DNA of 64,000 bases from Gammaproteobacteria bacterium (GTDB lineage: Bacteria; Pseudomonadota; Gammaproteobacteria; Ga0077536), in NCBI GenBank assembly GCA_963662545.2, contig CAXXLL010000003.1, positions 512,001 through 576,000 of the forward strand. Direction: 5' to 3'. The notes below the pieces were generated by a model. It did not search any database. It was not told the DNA's origin and saw nothing but the letters and a program-made list of their open reading frames with translations. Shown piece by piece: positions 59,682 through 64,000 of this stretch (within the stretch, counting starts at the first letter, position 1; each line of letters opens with the position of its first letter). The translations under genes and the position numbers were made by a program.

Positions 59682-60808
59682 CGTCTCCAACCTTGGAACT
59701 AACCTGCGATCTCATTACATGCGAGTCAATCACCCCGGCGGATGCCGGGTGCCTGGGCTTGATTGAGGCGCGTCTCGTTGATCGAGGCTTCGCGGCAACG
59801 CGCTTGCCATCTGGCGAGGTCGACAACCTGTGGGCCATCCGCGGCAACGGCGGACCCGTCTTCGCCTTCGCGGGGCACACCGACGTCGTGCCGCCTGGCA
59901 GCCTCGAGTCCTGGCACACCCCGCCCTTCGAACCGGTCGTCAAGGACGGCCTGCTGTACGGACGCGGCGCGGCCGACATGAAGGGCTCTCTCGCCGCCAT
60001 GGTGGTCGCGGCAGAGCGGTTTCTCGACGCGCATTCGAACCACCGTGGATCGATCGCTTTCGTATTGACCTCGGACGAAGAAGGGCCGGCTGTCGACGGG
60101 ACGACCAAAGTTGTCGATTACCTCAAACAAAACGCCATCGAGATTCAATGGTGCGTCGTCGGCGAACCGAGCAGCGCTGAGCGTCTGGGCGACACAGTGC
60201 GCGTGGGGCGCCGCGGCTCTCTCAATGCGCGTCTGCTCGTACGCGGTGAGCAAGGCCATATCGCCTACCCGGAACGCGCTTCAAACCCGATACACAATTC
60301 GCTGGGAGCGCTGGCCGAGCTAAAATCCCACGTCTGGGACGGAGGCAACGAATACTATCCGCCAACATCATTTCAGATCTCGAACATCAACGCCGGAACA
60401 GGCATCGAGAACGTCATCCCGCAGGACCTCGAAGTCTTTTTCAATTTCCGTTATTCGACGGAGAACTCCGCCGCCACGCTGCAGCAGGGCGTCATCGAAA
60501 TCCTCGACCGCTTCGGTCTGGACTATGAATTGAATTGGCATCTATCCGGCGAACCGTTTTTGACGCCCGGGGGCGAGCTCGTCGAGACCGCTTCGCGCGT
60601 GATCCAAGACCTACTGGGGGTCTCACCAGAGCTTTCAACCGGCGGGGGCACGTCAGACGGACGATTTATCGTCCCCATGGGCGTTCAACTCATCGAGATC
60701 GGACCCGTCAATGCGACCATCCACAAGATCAACGAGTGCGTTGCCGTAAACGACCTGGATCGTCTGACGGACGTCTACGCCGCAATCCTGGAAAGGATGC
60801 TGGCGTAA
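59678..60808 (+). CDS. dapE: Succinyl-diaminopimelate desuccinylase
   Basis: FAGHTDVVP, GRGAADMK, SDEEG, GEPS, GRRGS, QGHIAYP, TGGGTSDGRF, TIHK.NE. Confidence 0.96.
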   Translation: MTSPTLELTCDLITCESITPADAGCLGLIEARLVDRGFAATRLPSGEVDNLWAIRGNGGPVFAFAGHTDVVPPGSLESWHTPPFEPVVKDGLLYGRGAADMKGSLAAMVVAAERFLDAHSNHRGSIAFVLTSDEEGPAVDGTTKVVDYLKQNAIEIQWCVVGEPSSAERLGDTVRVGRRGSLNARLLVRGEQGHIAYPERASNPIHNSLGALAELKSHVWDGGNEYYPPTSFQISNINAGTGIENVIPQDLEVFFNFRYSTENSAATLQQGVIEILDRFGLDYELNWHLSGEPFLTPGGELVETASRVIQDLLGVSPELSTGGGTSDGRFIVPMGVQLIEIGPVNATIHKINECVAVNDLDRLTDVYAAILERMLA

Positions 60809-60811
60809 AGA

Positions 60812-60865
60812 AAAGGGGGTCAGACTACGTTTTCTCGTTGGAGAAAACGTAGTCTGACCCCCTTT
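60812..60865. terminator. Perfect 25-bp-stem hairpin between convergent dapE and aceA (bidirectional terminator or REP-like repeat)
   Basis: AAAGGGGGTCAGACTACGTTTTCTC-GTTG-GAGAAAACGTAGTCTGACCCCCTTT. Confidence 0.8.
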
Positions 60866-60870
60866 ATCTT

Positions 60871-62196
60871 CTACCGTATTTCGACAGCCTTTAATCCGGT
60901 CGCCGTCTTCGCGTCGCCGAACTGTTCTTCCTCAGTCGAGCCAGTTAACGCTGTAACCGAGGACTGGCCACCCTGGATCGCTGTGGTCACGTCGTCGAAA
61001 TAGCCCGCGCCGACTTCCTGCTGGTGGCTGGCGAAGGTGTAGCCGCGCTCCGCAGCCGCGAATTCACGTTCCTGTACCATTTCAACGTAGGCGGTCATTC
61101 CCTTGTCGACGTATTGGTTGGCCAGGTCGAACATGTTGTACCACATGTTATGTACGCCGGCTAAGGTGATGAACTGGTACTTGTAACCCATGGCACCGAG
61201 TTCGCGTTGGAACTTCGCGATGGTGGAATCGTCCAGGTTTTTCTTCCAATTAAACGAGGGCGAGCAATTGTATGCGAGTAGTTGATCCGGGAAATCTTTT
61301 TTAATCGCGGCGGCGAAGCGTTTGGCTTCGTCGAGATCCGGCACCGCGGTCTCGCACCACAACAGGTCCGCGTATGGCGCATACGACAAGCCCCGATCGA
61401 TCGCCTGATCGAGACCCGCGTTGGTGACGTAGAACCCTTCGGCGGTTCGATCGCCGGTGACGAAACGCCGATCGCGCTCGTCGATGTCCGAGGTTAGTAG
61501 AGCCGCCGCGTTGGCGTCGGTACGCGCCAACACGATAGTCGGTACGCCCATGACATCGGCCGCCAGACGCGCCGCGACGAGCTTTTGTACCGCTTCCTCG
61601 GTCGGGACTAAAACCTTACCACCCATGTGCCCGCATTTCTTCGCAGACGCCAGTTGATCTTCGAAGTGCACGCCCGCGGCACCGGCCTCGATCATGCCCT
61701 TCATCAATTCGTAGGCGTTGAGCACGCCGCCAAAACCAGCTTCTGCGTCCGCCACGATCGGTGCGAAGAAATCGATGTCGTCGCTGCCCTTCTGCCATTG
61801 AATTTCGTCGGCTCTTTTGAACGCGTTGTTGATACGGCGCACCATGGTGGGTACGGAATTCACGGCGTAAAGCGACTGGTCCGGATACATCGTCTCCGAA
61901 GTATTACCATCGGCCGCAACCTGCCAACCCGACAGATAAATGGCCTTGACGCCCGCCTTCACCTGTTGCACCGCCTGACCGCCGGTGAGTGCGCCGAGGC
62001 ACGGTACGAAATCTTCTTCGTTTACCAATGCCCAGAGCTTCTCGGCGCCGCGAGTCGCCAGGGTGTGCTCGATCTGAACGCTGCCGCGAAGACGGACCAC
62101 GTCTGCAGCAGCATAATTACGTGTAATGTGCCGCCAACGCGGATTGGACGTCCAGTCCTCTTCTAACCGCTCAGCTTGCTCCTCAATTGACGACAT
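60871..62196 (-). CDS. aceA: Isocitrate lyase
   Basis: [37 protein letters not shown]. Confidence 0.97.
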   Translation of the reverse strand: MSSIEEQAERLEEDWTSNPRWRHITRNYAAADVVRLRGSVQIEHTLATRGAEKLWALVNEEDFVPCLGALTGGQAVQQVKAGVKAIYLSGWQVAADGNTSETMYPDQSLYAVNSVPTMVRRINNAFKRADEIQWQKGSDDIDFFAPIVADAEAGFGGVLNAYELMKGMIEAGAAGVHFEDQLASAKKCGHMGGKVLVPTEEAVQKLVAARLAADVMGVPTIVLARTDANAAALLTSDIDERDRRFVTGDRTAEGFYVTNAGLDQAIDRGLSYAPYADLLWCETAVPDLDEAKRFAAAIKKDFPDQLLAYNCSPSFNWKKNLDDSTIAKFQRELGAMGYKYQFITLAGVHNMWYNMFDLANQYVDKGMTAYVEMVQEREFAAAERGYTFASHQQEVGAGYFDDVTTAIQGGQSSVTALTGSTEEEQFGDAKTATGLKAVEIR

Positions 62197-62217
62197 GCCT
62201 TTATCTCCTGCCAAGAA

Positions 62218-63822
62218 TTACAACAGACCATATGCTTCCAGAGTCAGAAATGCCGGTAGTTCGCTGCTGGTGACCACTCGATCGAGGACTTCTGCAGCCT
62301 GCCGGTACCGTCTATTTTCGTAGCGTTCGTCACCGACTTCGGCGCGGATCTCCGCGAGTTCCTCGGCAAGAATCTTGCGGAACATTTCCTCGTCTATATT
62401 TGTTCCGTCTTCCAATTCCACGCGCGGATGGTGGACCCACTGCCAGATTTGCGTGCGCGAAATCTCTGCCGTCGCGGCATCTTCCATCAAATTATTCAAG
62501 GGCACGCAGCCCAGGCCCGATAGCCACTCTTCGGTATAGCGAACCGCGGCGGCCACATTCGTTTTGAGCCCGCGCATGGTAATACTACCTTCCGGCACCT
62601 TTAATAAATCGGTTTGGGTGACCTGCACGTCCTCCCGCTTTTTCTCTATCTGGTTGGGACCCGGCATGTACTGATCGAAGACTTCCATGGCGATTGGGAT
62701 GAGTCCCGGATGCGCGACCCAGGTACCGTCGTGCCCGTTTTCGGCTTCACGACGTTTATCGGCGCGAACCTTTTCGAGGGCCTCCTCGTTGGCTTGCGGA
62801 TCATTCTTGATCGGAATCTGCGCGGCCATGCCGCCCATGGCATGGATGCCCCGGCGATGACAGGTCTTGATCAAGAGCTGGGAATACGACTTTAGAAAAT
62901 GCACCGTCATGCCGACCTCGCTGCGGTCCGGCAGGATGAAATTCGGAAGATTACGGAAGCATTTGATGAAGCTGAATATGTAATCCCAGCGGCCACAATT
63001 GAGTCCGGACGAGTGATCCCGAAGCTCCCAGAGGATCTCGTGCATTTCAAACGCCGCGGGAATGGTTTCGACGAGAACCGTCGCCCGTATTGTCCCGCGC
63101 GGCAGGCCCAGATCGTCCTGGGCAGAATTGAAGACATCGTTCCACAATCGCGCTTCGAGATGACTCTCAATCTTGGGGAGATAGAAATACGGACCCGCAC
63201 CCTTGTCCGTCAATTTACGAGCATTGTGGAAAAGGAAAAACCCGAAATCGACCAGCCCCGCGGCGATCGGGGCGCCGTTCATCAGCAGATTCTTTTCGCT
63301 GAGATGCCAGCCCCGAGGCCGGACCAGCAGAACCGCGGGATCATCGTTCAGGCGATATTGCTTGCCCTGTTCGTTCACGAATTCAATCGAGCCGTCGACG
63401 GCATCGATGAGGTTGACTTGTCCGTCCATCATGGCCTGCCAGGTCGGGCTGGATGAATCCTCGAAATCGGCCATGAAAGTCTTGGCGTCGGAATTGAGCG
63501 CGTTGATGATCATTTTGCGCTCAACGGGACCGGTGATCTCGACGCGGCGATCTTGCAGGGCGGGCGGAATTGCGGCCACGGACCAATCTTGATCCCGAAT
63601 TTCACGCGTCTCAGGCAGAAAATCCGGGAGTTGGCCACGGTCGAATTCAGCCTGGCGCACAATACGACGGGCCAAGAGATCTTCACGGCGAGCAGAAAAC
63701 TTACCCACCAGATTGGCGACGAAAGAGAGCGCATCGGGTGTCAGAACGCGGTCGTATTCCGGGCTCAGGGCACCTTTTACCTCGATCCTAGAAATTTCGC
63801 TGGTCTGTAAGGTCGAACTCAT
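62218..63822 (-). CDS. aceB: Malate synthase A
   Basis: DRRVEITGP, DFEDS, RPRGWH, YLPK, LNCGRWDYIFS, DGTWVAHP, MEDAATAEISR. Confidence 0.96.
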   Translation of the reverse strand: MSSTLQTSEISRIEVKGALSPEYDRVLTPDALSFVANLVGKFSARREDLLARRIVRQAEFDRGQLPDFLPETREIRDQDWSVAAIPPALQDRRVEITGPVERKMIINALNSDAKTFMADFEDSSSPTWQAMMDGQVNLIDAVDGSIEFVNEQGKQYRLNDDPAVLLVRPRGWHLSEKNLLMNGAPIAAGLVDFGFFLFHNARKLTDKGAGPYFYLPKIESHLEARLWNDVFNSAQDDLGLPRGTIRATVLVETIPAAFEMHEILWELRDHSSGLNCGRWDYIFSFIKCFRNLPNFILPDRSEVGMTVHFLKSYSQLLIKTCHRRGIHAMGGMAAQIPIKNDPQANEEALEKVRADKRREAENGHDGTWVAHPGLIPIAMEVFDQYMPGPNQIEKKREDVQVTQTDLLKVPEGSITMRGLKTNVAAAVRYTEEWLSGLGCVPLNNLMEDAATAEISRTQIWQWVHHPRVELEDGTNIDEEMFRKILAEELAEIRAEVGDERYENRRYRQAAEVLDRVVTSSELPAFLTLEAYGLL

Positions 63823-63920
63823 TGGTCTGTCGACGCCTCCAACTTACCGGTAGCCCCGGGCGGCGCGCATCCTCTCAACGTCTGCGGGGCGCTTTGCCGG
63901 AGGCGAAAAATGATCGTCGA

Positions 63921-63949
63921 AAAGTACGCTGCAGTGCACCATATGTCAA
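63921..63949 (-). promoter_or_regulatory. Candidate sigma70 promoter of aceBA
   Basis: Minus strand TTGACA-N17-TACTTT, about 100 bp upstream of the aceB ATG. Confidence 0.6.
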
Positions 63950-64000
63950 TACGACTTCGACAACCTATTGATCTTTAAAGGTTCGAACCCTACATAGTGA

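Noticed and set aside
1-64000. CRISPR array, prophage or rRNA genes
   Set aside because: No regularly spaced direct repeats, cas genes, phage structural genes or rRNA-like sequence were seen.

Overview
GC-rich bacterial chromosome segment, most likely from a gammaproteobacterium (tpiA-secG-tRNA-Leu-nuoA..N synteny with separate nuoC and nuoD, trpS-scpA-scpB-rluB, dapE, aceBA). The right half (about 30.6-64 kb) is mostly housekeeping: pgi, SCO/PCuAC/psd, a 14-gene complex I operon, tRNA-Leu(GAG), secG, tpiA, an HhH-GPD glycosylase, rluB, scpBA, trpS, a site-2 protease, yciO, bolA, an orphan DpnA-like DNA methyltransferase, dapE and the glyoxylate shunt. The left half is accessory metabolism and signalling: a truncated GAF-GAF-PAS class III cyclase, tRNA-Arg(CCT), amine catabolism genes, an sxtI/J/K-like carbamoyltransferase triad, hydantoinase A/B with an amidohydrolase, a Yellow/MRJP protein, an intact 1.7-kb IS, two GSTs, a sulfotransferase, an HD-GYP protein and an ABC exporter. 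Two things stand out. (1) Two paralogous soluble Ser/Thr kinases, each with a C-terminal cyclic-nucleotide-binding domain, bracket pgi, and a CyaB-like cyclase lies in the same window. (2) At least seven small non-coding palindromic (MITE-like) elements from four terminal-repeat families are present. They share internal structured cores, mostly abut start or stop codons, and one carries a nested GGA-loop hairpin insert directly in front of pgi. All calls come from reading motifs by eye; no database searches were run.
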